Both the position numbers and the translations under genes were made by a program. From positions 1,088,001-1,152,000 of the forward strand of contig CAWCYI010000006.1 in the NCBI GenBank assembly GCA_963799845.1: a stretch of 64,000 nucleotides of DNA. The letters are read 5' to 3'. Below, piece by piece: positions 1 to 10,074 of this stretch. Within the stretch, counting starts at the first letter, position 1, and each line of letters begins with the position of its first letter. The notes below the pieces were generated by a model. That model searched no databases. It was not told where the DNA came from and saw only the letters and a program-made list of their open reading frames with translations. The stretch is from an uncultured Nitrososphaerota archaeon. GTDB lineage: Archaea; Thermoproteota; Nitrososphaeria; Nitrososphaerales; CADDZS01.

Positions 1-115
1 GTACTCTTCATTAAAGCCTGGAGTGTATGTCGGAACGGAAGATACATTCTTGATTAATAGTTCTGGAGGAGAGAGGTTAACTCGTATCTCCCATGACTTA
101 GTAAGAATTCGCTAA
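1..115 (+). CDS. C-terminal end of M24-family (Xaa-Pro) peptidase, 5'-truncated by window
   Basis: Frame from nt 2 reads YSSLKPGVYVGTEDTFLINSSGGERLTRISHDLVRIR*, resembling the M24 terminal motif GxRxEDxxLVTxxGxExLT; not in ORF track. Confidence 0.6.
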   Translation, partial: YSSLKPGVYVGTEDTFLINSSGGERLTRISHDLVRIR

Positions 116-116
116 T

Positions 117-1184
117 CTAGATCATAACTTCTTTTCCTTGATTCGCAGATTCGTAGCACTTCAAAGAGATCTCGACGTCTCTCCGGCCGTCTTCACCTGT
201 AACAAGGGGTTGTTTGTCCTCGAGGACACACTCGACAAAGTGTTGCACTTCTCTTCTCATTGAAGTTGGTTTCCATTCAAAGGCTGAATGAGAGATGTAT
301 GGCTCCATCCACCCGACATCCCCATAGTACGACCACCACTCAGCCATGTCTTCAGACCTATTTTTCGTCGAAAACACCTGGATCGGTCTCTCCGAAAGCA
401 TGTCGACTATGATAGAGCCTTTGGTACCGAATATTTCTAGTCGCTCCGTCCACGGAGCTTCTGTCGTATTCGAAACCGAAAAGTTTGCTATGGCGCCATC
501 GACAAAGCGGATTGTCCCCATCGCATTGTCCTCCACATCCTGATAGAGATCTTTGAAAAAAGTCATTGTCGTCGCTTGAACGCTCTTCATCTCTCCGATC
601 ATCCAACGTAGCAAGTAGAACGAATGAACACCGGCGTCAAACATCACTCCACCTCCCGCGGTGTTTTTCTTACCTATCCAGTTGTCCGGATCTGACAGAC
701 GGATCCGTTCGGAGCCTCCCAGATATGTTCTCGCAAAACAAATCTCCCCGATAGACTCTTTTTCTACGAACTCGTGCGCCACCTGATAGGCACGGACAAA
801 TCTCGTATTCTCTGCAACCATCAGCTTCACGCCTTTGTCCTTCGCCGCGCTAATGACAGCGTCAGCCTGTTCGAGAGTCGTCGTAAACGGTTTTTCGCAG
901 ATAACGTTTTTTCCTGCTTTGACCGCAGCGAGCGCTATGCGTCCGTGCAAAAAGTGTGGGACGCATATATCGATGATGTCGATATCCGGGTCCGCAATTA
1001 TTTGATTGTAATCACTGTAGGTTTTTGCCCCGTGGAGCTTCGCCGGCTCATTTATCACGCCGGGATTGGTGTCACAAAAAGCCACCAGTTTTGCCTGTTC
1101 AGGTATCTCTTCGTATCCATGAAGATGCCCCCAAGTTCCAACTCCACCTAGTCCAATCATACCGACGCGTGCTTTATCCAACAA
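117..1184 (-). CDS. Gfo/Idh/MocA family NAD(P)-dependent oxidoreductase
   Basis: GxGxxG Rossmann motif, CEKP, GGGVMFDAGVH. Confidence 0.92.
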   Translation of the reverse strand: MLDKARVGMIGLGGVGTWGHLHGYEEIPEQAKLVAFCDTNPGVINEPAKLHGAKTYSDYNQIIADPDIDIIDICVPHFLHGRIALAAVKAGKNVICEKPFTTTLEQADAVISAAKDKGVKLMVAENTRFVRAYQVAHEFVEKESIGEICFARTYLGGSERIRLSDPDNWIGKKNTAGGGVMFDAGVHSFYLLRWMIGEMKSVQATTMTFFKDLYQDVEDNAMGTIRFVDGAIANFSVSNTTEAPWTERLEIFGTKGSIIVDMLSERPIQVFSTKNRSEDMAEWWSYYGDVGWMEPYISHSAFEWKPTSMRREVQHFVECVLEDKQPLVTGEDGRRDVEISLKCYESANQGKEVMI

Positions 1185-1323
1185 GAATCAGCCTTTGTCG
1201 GCAAAAAAAAAGTCGTGGCTTATTTATGTTGAACTCAGCATATCATTCATTTTTTCTCTGGGGCACATTCAGATTTTTATGCCACCTGATAGAATCTGAA
1301 TTTCATTTAGGGGAAGTTGAATA

Positions 1324-1980
1324 TTGGAAAGTACTAGTGAAGAAGCCCTTCGAAGGGAAATCATTGATTTTGGCCTTCGTTGTTATCGCAGCGGATTTGT
1401 TACTGAAACTGAGGGCAACCTGAGCGTTCGAGTTTCAGAGGACAGATTTCTCGTGACCCCAAGCCATGTTCCGTACGAAAGCCGGCAACTTGAGGATGTA
1501 GTGTTGCTTGACGGCGAGGGTGAAGTCATACTGGGAGAGCGACGGCCTACCTCGGAGACAAGGATGCATTTGGGAGTGTTCAAGGCACGCTCAGACGTCA
1601 ATGCCATAGTTCACGCCCATCCGCTGTACTGCACGATGCTGGCCGTGATGGGAGAACCGCTCAGACCCATTCTAGACGAAATGCTCCCCTACCTCGGAGG
1701 TGTAATTGAAGTAACAAACTTCGCTCCATCAGGAAGTGCAGAAATTGCGGCAGAATGTGTGAAATCTCTAGGTAACAGAGCCGCTGTTCTTCTAGCAAAT
1801 CACGGCAATCTGTGCGTTGGAAAGAATATGAGCAGGGCGTTTCAGACGGCGAAGTATGTCGAAAAGTACGCACGGATCTACCTTCAGGCGCTCAACCTAA
1901 ATCGCGTTAGGCTCGTGCCGGAAGAGCGGCAAAAACAGCTTACACCGTTCTATGAGTATTTGAAAACCATGGATTGGTGA
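1324..1980 (+). CDS. Class II aldolase/adducin family protein (L-fuculose-1-phosphate aldolase-like)
   Basis: EGNLSVR, PTSETRMH, HAH, LLANHG metal-binding motifs. Confidence 0.9.
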   Translation: MESTSEEALRREIIDFGLRCYRSGFVTETEGNLSVRVSEDRFLVTPSHVPYESRQLEDVVLLDGEGEVILGERRPTSETRMHLGVFKARSDVNAIVHAHPLYCTMLAVMGEPLRPILDEMLPYLGGVIEVTNFAPSGSAEIAAECVKSLGNRAAVLLANHGNLCVGKNMSRAFQTAKYVEKYARIYLQALNLNRVRLVPEERQKQLTPFYEYLKTMDW

Positions 1981-2165
1981 CGGATTACTTTGATCGAGCC
2001 ACGAGCTGTGGCGTCTGGAGTCCGTATATCTTCATAGTAGCGCGCGCTAGTGCGATATCATTCGCTAGAACGCTTGATAATTTCTTTGATTCCGTATGGT
2101 TTATTGCAGCTCCTGCTCAGCCAACCATCAGATCAATTGAATCTGATTGAACCCAATTCCCAAGA

Positions 2166-3017
2166 ATGCTTAAATTGCAAAACGGGAGTCAAACGATCTC
2201 GAAGATGATGCAAGGACCAAAACAAGAAAAACTGGTCATCACAGTTACGGCAAATCCTTCATGGATTTATCCTGAAACTAAAAATCACCCCTTGACGGCG
2301 GACCAAATTGCTGACGCGGTGTACGATTCTTACAAGGCTGGTGCAAGTATTGCTCATATTCACGCCGATGGAATCCAGAAAGAAACAAGCAAAAAGATTC
2401 GGGACAAGTGTGACATTCTTGTTCAGTACGGGCTATCGGGCCAGTCGCTTGAGGTCCGTAGGCCGCTATTTGAACAGCAGCCAGATATGATTTCGATAAT
2501 ATTGACTCATCACGACGAACAGTTTACGAACGAGGCATTCAATGTTCTTCATCTGAAATCGGAGCTTGAAGAATACTGTCGTCTCTGTCTGAAATACAAA
2601 GTAAAACCAGAATTCGAGGTTTGGCATACCGGCGCTTATTGGAACCTGATGTATCTCGAAAGAAAAAATCTGGTCAAGAAGCCATACCTGCTAACTATTT
2701 TCTTTGGATGGCCCGGAGGCAGCTGGTCACCTGTCGAGGCTGATGAGTTCTTCCAGAGGGTGAAATACATGCCTGCCGGAAGCGTTTACTCGACTAGCGT
2801 GTTGGATCCTGACCAGACAAAGATCCTTATGCTCGCGATTGCAAATAGCGGCAATGTGAGAGTCGGAACTGAGGATTATCCTTTCATATCGGAAGGAGTT
2901 CTTGCAAAAGACAACGCTGCCCTCGTTTCCAGGATAGCTGGAATCGCCAAATCAATGGGGAGAGAAATTGCAACCCCTAAGGAAGCTAGAATGATGATCG
3001 GGCTGGATCGTTCCTAG
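2166..3017 (+). CDS. Beta-keto acid cleavage enzyme (BKACE/DUF849, Kce-like)
   Basis: AGASIAHIH, KPEFEVW, GNVRVGTED, REIATPKEAR; true start may be 2205/2208. Confidence 0.88.
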   Translation: MLKLQNGSQTISKMMQGPKQEKLVITVTANPSWIYPETKNHPLTADQIADAVYDSYKAGASIAHIHADGIQKETSKKIRDKCDILVQYGLSGQSLEVRRPLFEQQPDMISIILTHHDEQFTNEAFNVLHLKSELEEYCRLCLKYKVKPEFEVWHTGAYWNLMYLERKNLVKKPYLLTIFFGWPGGSWSPVEADEFFQRVKYMPAGSVYSTSVLDPDQTKILMLAIANSGNVRVGTEDYPFISEGVLAKDNAALVSRIAGIAKSMGREIATPKEARMMIGLDRS

Positions 3018-3206
3018 AGCGGCCCCATCTTAGTAGTCCCTACTAATTTTCAAGTTTTTCTCGATTCTTGGTTACTCTCCGTAAGAATCGCCGCGGGGAT
3101 CAATTCGGAAAGTAAAACTGATTGCGATATCTCATTCAATGGCTAAGCCCGAGAATTATCATTAGGAAATAGTCAAGTATGCGAATCCCCGTCGGTCTCG
3201 AACAAA

Positions 3207-4208
3207 CTAGGCGGTCTTATTCACAAAGTGGCATGCAACGTAATGTCCCGGTGAAACTGGTTCTAATGGAGGATTGACCTCGGAGCAGATCTTTTCCGCA
3301 TATGGACATCTTGGGTGAAACCTGCATCCACTTGGCGGATTTATTGCACTTGGGACTTCTCCTTTTATCTCAGCAGTAAGCAGATTTCTTTTCCAAGGAT
3401 TTGGAATTGGAGCAGAAGAGATTAGAGTGATGGTGTACGGATGTCTCGGCTTTTCAATTACGGATCTAGTCGGGCCATATTCCACCAGACTCCCAGTATA
3501 CATCACTGCAATATTGTCAGAGAGGTATTGCGCAACGGCAATGTTATGGGTGACGAGCATGTAGGACAGTGAGTACTCCTTTTGGAGATTCAGAAGCAAC
3601 TTGAGAATCTGCGCCTGAACTGAGGCGTCTAGAGCGCTCGTCGGTTCGTCAAGGACGACTAGCTTCGGCGTAGTCGCAATCGCTCTTGCAATAGCGACTC
3701 TTTGCTTTTGACCGCCGCTTAGCTGACCCGGTAATCGGTCGGCGTGTTCTGATGATAGGCCCACCGCGGCCAGACTTACGTCGACTTGTTGCTTTACGGC
3801 CTCGCTGTTTGCGCCAAGCAATCCACGAAGCGGTTCTCCGACAGAATCCTTAACCTTGAATCGCGGATCTAAAGAAGAGTCAGGATCCTGAAACACCATC
3901 TGGATGTTTCGATAGAGCTCTTTCCAGTTCTGGTGTTTGACATTTGTGATCTCCCTCCCCTCAAAGAAGATCTTTCCACTCGTTGGTGGAATGAGCATTG
4001 TAACCGTACGCGCAAGGGTCGTTTTTCCGCAACCGGATTCACCGACGACGGCGGTTGTCTTCTTCCTCCCGAGCTGGATCGAAACTTTGTCAACTGCCCT
4101 CACATATTTCTTCGATGATCGAGATAGGAGGCCTCCGCGGATGGGGTAGTACTTAGAGAGATCGTCGGTTGAAAGGATCGTACTCTCGGGAGATTCGCTA
4201 GCTTCCGT
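3207..4208 (-). CDS. dppF: Oligopeptide/sugar ABC transporter ATP-binding subunit (DppF/OppF-like)
   Basis: GESGCGKTT, LSGGQKQR, LDEPT, C-terminal GCRFHPRC. Frame stays open upstream of the called GTG (4103) with ILSTDDLSKYYPIRGG; best start is ACG at 4208. Confidence 0.9.
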   Translation of the reverse strand, partial: TEASESPESTILSTDDLSKYYPIRGGLLSRSSKKYVRAVDKVSIQLGRKKTTAVVGESGCGKTTLARTVTMLIPPTSGKIFFEGREITNVKHQNWKELYRNIQMVFQDPDSSLDPRFKVKDSVGEPLRGLLGANSEAVKQQVDVSLAAVGLSSEHADRLPGQLSGGQKQRVAIARAIATTPKLVVLDEPTSALDASVQAQILKLLLNLQKEYSLSYMLVTHNIAVAQYLSDNIAVMYTGSLVEYGPTRSVIEKPRHPYTITLISSAPIPNPWKRNLLTAEIKGEVPSAINPPSGCRFHPRCPYAEKICSEVNPPLEPVSPGHYVACHFVNKTA

Positions 4209-5272
4209 AAAGAAAACACTCCACCATATGGCCAGGCTTTGCTTCCAAGAGCTTTGGTCTCTTTTCCTTGCAAACTTTTATCGCAAACGGGCACCTCGGT
4301 TCAAATCGACACCCCGTCGGCGGATAGAGCAAGTTTGGAACATTGCCGGGTATGGGTTCCAAATTCGTGTCATCTTTGAATCCTGATGGAATGCAGGAGA
4401 GAAGACCCTTGCTGTATGGGTGAAGAGGATCGGAAAAGAGATCATAAACGTTAGCTATTTCCACGATCTCGCCGGAATACATCACTATCACTTGATCAGC
4501 CACCTGACTTGCCACTGCAAGGTCGTGGGTCACAAGAAAGATGCTCGTACTGACTTCGTTCATCAGTTCCTTCATGAGCTTCAGAACTTGGGCTTGAGTC
4601 GTGACATCAAGTGCAGTGGTGGGTTCATCCGCAATCAGAAGGGACGGCTTTTGAGAAATCGCCATCGCGATCATCACTCTCTGTCTCATCCCCCCGGATA
4701 GCTCGAACGGATAACGCTCGATCACCTGCTCCGGGTCTGCAATTCTAACAAGTTTAAGCGCTTCGATTATTTCATCTCTGAGGTCGGAGCTCAAGTGCCT
4801 CCTGAATCTCGGGATCCTCGATATTCGAATTGTTTTCGAGCTGTAAGTCTTTTGCATCACATCGCTGTTCGAAAGATCTGATTTCTTTGCTCGTCGAACT
4901 TCCCTGACGAGGATCGCCTCTGCTATCTGATCTCCAACCTTGTAGACAGGATTCAGACTGGTAAGCGGCTCTTGGAATATCATTGCAATCTCCGTTCCAC
5001 GGAATTCTCTGCGTTGCCGTTCATTCAGCGGAACCAGATCTGCATCTTTGTAATTGATAGAACCACCAGTAATTTTCGCGGGGGGCATCGGCAGCAGACC
5101 AATAATCGAGAGGCCTAGGGTGGACTTGCCGCAGCCTGACTCCCCCACTACAGCGATTCAGCTTGTTCTTCGGGACCTCAAGGCTGACGGCGTCCACGGC
5201 CTTGAGCTTTCCCCCGGATGCTGAGTATTCTATCGTAAGATCTTTAACCGATAGCAGTTTTTCTTCTGACAA
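4198..5272 (-). CDS. dppD: ABC transporter ATP-binding subunit (DppD/OppD-like), one-base frameshift near 5157-5160
   Basis: ORF 5021..5272 (LLSVKDLTIEY...KAVDAVSL) joins ORF 4198..5148 (GESGCGKST, LSGGMRQR) as KNKL-IAVVGES when one base is removed. Confidence 0.9.
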
Positions 5273-5322
5273 TCGTTTTTCACAATCAGTTTAAGAATGT
5301 CTCAGAGCTCGTGGGACAAAAG

Positions 5323-6363
5323 TTAGATTGTCGAGCTCGGATTGATCACACCTTCAAGTTTTTCGCCGTTTATGAAATTTTGCACCTGTTTTGCGACAAT
5401 CTCAGCGCCCCGAAGCGGAACTTCCCGCGACGCACCTGCGATGTGCGGAGTGATGAACACATTGTCCATCGAAACAAGTGGATTATCTGGCGATACAGGC
5501 TCCTTCTTCATGACATCCAAGCAGGCTCCGGCTATTCTACCGTTCGTCAATGCCTCCAGCAGTGCGGATTCGTCGAGCAAGCTGCCGCGGGCAGAATTGA
5601 TAAAGTACGCACTCTTCTTCATTAACTCGAATTGTTTCTTTCCAAACATATTCTCGTTTTCTTTCGACTCACGCGCGTGCAGGGAGACGAAATCCGATGA
5701 GGCTATCAGAGTATCGAGATCGGCGGATTTGATACCGGGAGCTTCGATCTTTGATTTGTCGATGAACGGGTCGTATACCAGAATGGACATTCCGAACGGG
5801 AGAGCTCTCTTAGCCACCCGCGATCCCACGTTTCCATAACCAACAAGTCCTAGTGTTTTTCCACCCAGTTCATGACCGAAAAAACTGTCGAAGGTCGAGC
5901 GATCGAACTTTCTCTTTTCCCTAAGGAAGATGTTAGCTCTTGATAGATTTCTCGCAAGAACTAACATTACGCCCAAAACATAGTCAGCAACAGCTTCAGC
6001 GTTTCTGCCGGGCGCGGACACCACAGGAATGCCCATGGCAATAGCGGCATTGACGTCGATATTCACCGGCCCTCCTCGCGCGCAACAGATGAGTTTCAAA
6101 TTCGGCGAGGCGTTCATCACCTCGTCTGTAACTGGTGCGGCATGTACCACCAGAATATCTTCGTCCTTGAGCTCTCGAGCAATCTGCTTTGGATTTCCCG
6201 AAAACTCTCGAATGGATTTCTCCGACTCAGTAGAGGGGTTTAGGCGATCGGCTTCATCCATCTGAATGTATCGTATCCGGTTGTCCGGAACCAAAAATGA
6301 AAAGGCTGTTCGAAACGTATCAACCGGCACGTAGAGATCTGCTGCAATCAAGATTCTTTTCAA
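5323..6363 (-). CDS. D-isomer-specific 2-hydroxyacid dehydrogenase (SerA-like)
   Basis: GLVGYGNVG, INSARG, LDV..EP, TPHIAG. Confidence 0.9.
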   Translation of the reverse strand: MKRILIAADLYVPVDTFRTAFSFLVPDNRIRYIQMDEADRLNPSTESEKSIREFSGNPKQIARELKDEDILVVHAAPVTDEVMNASPNLKLICCARGGPVNIDVNAAIAMGIPVVSAPGRNAEAVADYVLGVMLVLARNLSRANIFLREKRKFDRSTFDSFFGHELGGKTLGLVGYGNVGSRVAKRALPFGMSILVYDPFIDKSKIEAPGIKSADLDTLIASSDFVSLHARESKENENMFGKKQFELMKKSAYFINSARGSLLDESALLEALTNGRIAGACLDVMKKEPVSPDNPLVSMDNVFITPHIAGASREVPLRGAEIVAKQVQNFINGEKLEGVINPSSTI

Positions 6364-6399
6364 GAACTAGGCCTCACTAATACTTGGCTGACAACGGTG

Positions 6400-6409
6400 G
6401 TTTATATAA
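6400..6409. promoter_or_regulatory. Archaeal TATA box in short divergent intergenic region
   Basis: TTTATATAA about 25 nt before the kinase start and about 35 nt before the divergent dehydrogenase start. Confidence 0.5.
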
Positions 6410-6433
6410 TGAATTGGTGTGCACGAAGCCGTG

Positions 6434-7895
6434 ATGCGAACAGCTGGTAAGCCAGCGTTCTGTGTTATCGATGTCGGAACCGGCGGAATAAAATGCCTCG
6501 TATTTGACTCGAAAGGTTCGCTGGCTTTCAAGGAAAGTTCCCCGATTGACTTCTTGCTGGATGGCTATGCGATCAGTTTCGATCCATCGTCAGTCTGGAC
6601 AGATATCTGCAGAATGACGAGAAAAGCCTCGAGGGAGTGCACAAAGAAAAAACTTCAGATCGTCACTGTAAGTTCCACGAGCATGCGTGAGGGGAACGTC
6701 TTCTACGACGCCGAGGGAAACGAGCTGATTAGCGGTACCGAATTTGGACGCCAGGGCATTCATGGAAGCAGCAGAAATTCAGGGATCACCAGGAGATGCA
6801 ATATATCTTTCATCAGGACATTGGCCTTCACCGATATTCGTCGCTAGCCGGCTAAAATTTCTAGCGAAGAACAATCCCAACCTTTTCAAAAAAATTCTCA
6901 AAATCTCCATGATCAATGATTGGGTCTTGTTCAAATTCTCAGGAAAGATCGTTTCTGAACCAACTAATGGTTGCGAGACAGCCCTCTTTGATTTGAAGAA
7001 GCGAGACTGGAGCGATGAGTTGATCCGCGAGTGCTCTTTCGATCGCTCTTTGTTTCCCGAGATTAGAGAATGTGGTTCACTCATAGGTTCTGTTGTGAAG
7101 GATGCGAGCAGGAAGAGTGGTCTGAACGAACATACATCGGTAGTAGTTGGAGCTGCTGACACTGAATCGGCCGTTGCAGGTTGTGGGTTATTCGACGAAG
7201 GAAATGTAGCCGCCGTCGCAGGGACAACCACACCTGTCCAAGCAGTAACAGAAAATCCTGTGTTGGATCCCGAGAAAAGAACTTGGACCTGCTGTCACGT
7301 TCTTCCGAATCGGTGGACGCTGGAGAGCAACGCAGGCGCTACGGGACTCGTATTCAACTGGTGGGCCAAAATGACGGGGGAGGATTTTTCGGTTCTTGAC
7401 CTTGAAGTGAAAAAGGAGAATCCGGCTCCGGGAAAGGTGATAGTGAACATCGGGACGAGCCTGATGAACGCGCGATATCCCCACCCAATCGTTGGCACGA
7501 TCCGGGGCGTGAACCCGTGGACTCCGCGGGCTGAAGTTACACTGGGCATCCTTGAAACAAATTGCTTCAGCGTCAGGGCAAATCTCGAACAGATTGAAAA
7601 GGTGCTTGACAAGAGATTCGTCGAAGTGTACTTCTGCGGAGGTGCGTCAAAAAGCGAGATCTGGAGGAAACTCCAGTCGAACATTTTGGGTAGGACTATC
7701 CTAACGTTCGGCGAAGGCGAAGCAAGTGGAAGAGGTGCCGCGATGCTTTCGGCCGTTGCCATCAAAGAATTCACAGACATGAGTGAAGCGTCAAAATCAT
7801 TTCTGAGGCGAAAGACATCAACCAAACCGGATGGAAAGATTTTCGAAAGCTACGAAGTCTTATATCAGAACTGGCTAAACGGCATAAACAAATAG
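6434..7895 (+). CDS. FGGY family carbohydrate kinase (LsrK-like motifs), one-base frameshift near 6727
   Basis: IDVGTGGIK, STSMREG, restored ELLAVPNLDARA, GAADT, AGTT, CGGASKS; two overlapping ORFs join by removing one base. Confidence 0.88.
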
Positions 7896-8024
7896 GCGTC
7901 TCAATTTCTTTAATCTGAGTGCGGTTGGAGTATGTTTCGCTGGGCAAGAATGGTCCGAATCTACCGAAGATCAGTAGGGCGGATGTAGACGATTAAGCAA
8001 AATTGAACTATTTTCAGTAACACA

Positions 8025-8900
8025 GTGATAGTATTAATCTTGAATCAATCTAAATGGAAGTTCGCATATCTGCCATACTTTGGTTTCAAATCGATGGATG
8101 AAGCTCTCAAGTCAATTTCGGCGCTCGGTTACGAAGGAGTGGAGCTGCCTTCATTGATACCGTACAAGACGGCGAAGGATCTCTCCGGAGTCGTCGCTCA
8201 AGCAAAGTCGTACAACCTAGAGATCTCCGAGGTTGGGTTCTCGCAAGATTTCATAGTTCTAGACGAAGAAAAAAGAAAGGAGAAGGTCAGGGAGACGAAG
8301 GAGAAGATCCGAATTGCCTCTGAGTGTTCGATTTCGATCGTCAAAGGTCTGACGGGCCCTTACCCGTGGGACAAGAACGCCCTGCGACTCGGAGTGGATC
8401 TAACCGAGGGAAAAGCCTGGAAACTCGTTCTAGATAGCTTCAACGATTTTATCGGGGCTTGTGAAAAATACAACGTCTACTTTGCGCTGGAAGCTTGCTT
8501 CGGCACGCTGACTCGAGATTACTACACGACGAAGGAATTGCTGGATTCAGTTAATTCGAAGTACTTGGCGATAAACATGGACCCATCGCACTACAACCTT
8601 TATGGAAACGATGTAGCGTGGGTGGTTAGAAGATTCGGGAAGGATAGAATCAAGCACGTCCACTTGAAGGATTCCGTTGGGGTGCCGCGAGACGAAGGTA
8701 GGGATTTTATTTTCCCGCTTTTGGGCGAAGGAACAATCGACTGGAAAGCATTCTTTCAGGCATTGCGGGATATCGGTTACGAAGGTTATTTCTCGGCCGA
8801 ATACGAATCAATGAACTACTTCAAAAATATCCTCGACAGTGACCCGACAAAAACTGCCGAGCTCAGCTTGCAACTCATGAAGAAACTTGCATCGCTTTGA
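8025..8900 (+). CDS. Sugar phosphate isomerase/epimerase (xylose isomerase-like TIM barrel)
   Basis: GYEGVEL, ALE, DPSH, HVHLKD, LGEGTIDW, SAEYE. Confidence 0.9.
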   Translation: MIVLILNQSKWKFAYLPYFGFKSMDEALKSISALGYEGVELPSLIPYKTAKDLSGVVAQAKSYNLEISEVGFSQDFIVLDEEKRKEKVRETKEKIRIASECSISIVKGLTGPYPWDKNALRLGVDLTEGKAWKLVLDSFNDFIGACEKYNVYFALEACFGTLTRDYYTTKELLDSVNSKYLAINMDPSHYNLYGNDVAWVVRRFGKDRIKHVHLKDSVGVPRDEGRDFIFPLLGEGTIDWKAFFQALRDIGYEGYFSAEYESMNYFKNILDSDPTKTAELSLQLMKKLASL

Positions 8901-8997
8901 GTTACTGTTTTTTCGGTCTTTCATTCATTTCTGACAAGCATAGATGCCATTTCGCTTATTAGCTGAGCCGATTTCGAGATTTGGATAGTGCTATAGA

Positions 8998-10062
8998 ATG
9001 TCAGAAGAGTCGACGAAAAGAATTGGAATCGGGATGATTGGTACCGGTAACATTTCAGATCTTCACTCCGTAGGTTATAGAAAGAATGAAAGGGCGAAAA
9101 TAGTAGCTGTTGCAGACATTCAAGCTTCAGTCGCGGAGGAAAAGCGAATCGCCTTTGGAGGAGATCGGAGTTATTCGGACTACAATCAGTTGTTGAAGGA
9201 CAAGTCGGTTGACGCGGTTGACATTTGCGTCCCGAATTTCTTGCATTCTCAGATAGCAATAGCCGCGGCAGAAGCTGGGAAGCACGTGCTTGTCGAAAAG
9301 CCCATGGCCATCACGGTAAAGGAGTGCGACGAGATGATATCGGCCGCCCGAAAAAATGGAGTGAAGCTGATGGTCGGACACAACCAGGTATTTTACCCGC
9401 CGCACCAGGAAACCAAGAGATTGATTCAGGAAGAATTGGGAAGACCAATTCTGCTTCTAACGCGATTGCACAATGGGTTCCGCCAGAACATGGGCTGGAG
9501 GGCAGACCCGAAAGCTGTGGGCGGCGGTTTCTTTATGGAAGCCTGCGTTCACCGGTTGTATCTTTCGAGGTATCTAGTTGGTGAACCTACGAAGATCATG
9601 TGCCGAATGACGAAGATATTTCCAGATACCGTCGCGGAGGACATTGTGCAGGTGGCGATTGATTTTGAAAATGGAATCGAAGGATCGTTAATTGCAAACC
9701 AGGGTGGTCCTATGCCTCTATGGGATGACCGAACCGAGGTCATCGGCAGCGAAGGTTTGATTATCGTCAATGGATTTGAAGAGCAGGCAATTCCTGGCTC
9801 TCCTCTAATGTTCTACAAGAACGGCAGGTGGACTCACTACGTCAAAGCTGGTCACCCCGCTACAGTTGGAGATTGGCCTTTAGGTAACCTCGAAATTGAG
9901 GCAGATTTTCCCAAGACCTATGCACACGTGACAAGCCACTTTGTTGACTCTATCTTCGAAGACAAACAACCAATGGTGACCGGAGAAGATGGAAGGAGAG
10001 CCATACAGATGGTTCAAGCTTGTTATGATTCGGCGAAGCTGGAAAAACCTGTGTCCGTGTGA
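8998..10062 (+). CDS. Gfo/Idh/MocA family oxidoreductase
   Basis: IGTGNIS, GKHVLVEKP, GGGFFMEACVH. Confidence 0.92.
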   Translation: MSEESTKRIGIGMIGTGNISDLHSVGYRKNERAKIVAVADIQASVAEEKRIAFGGDRSYSDYNQLLKDKSVDAVDICVPNFLHSQIAIAAAEAGKHVLVEKPMAITVKECDEMISAARKNGVKLMVGHNQVFYPPHQETKRLIQEELGRPILLLTRLHNGFRQNMGWRADPKAVGGGFFMEACVHRLYLSRYLVGEPTKIMCRMTKIFPDTVAEDIVQVAIDFENGIEGSLIANQGGPMPLWDDRTEVIGSEGLIIVNGFEEQAIPGSPLMFYKNGRWTHYVKAGHPATVGDWPLGNLEIEADFPKTYAHVTSHFVDSIFEDKQPMVTGEDGRRAIQMVQACYDSAKLEKPVSV

Positions 10063-10074
10063 GGAGCTCCTAGA

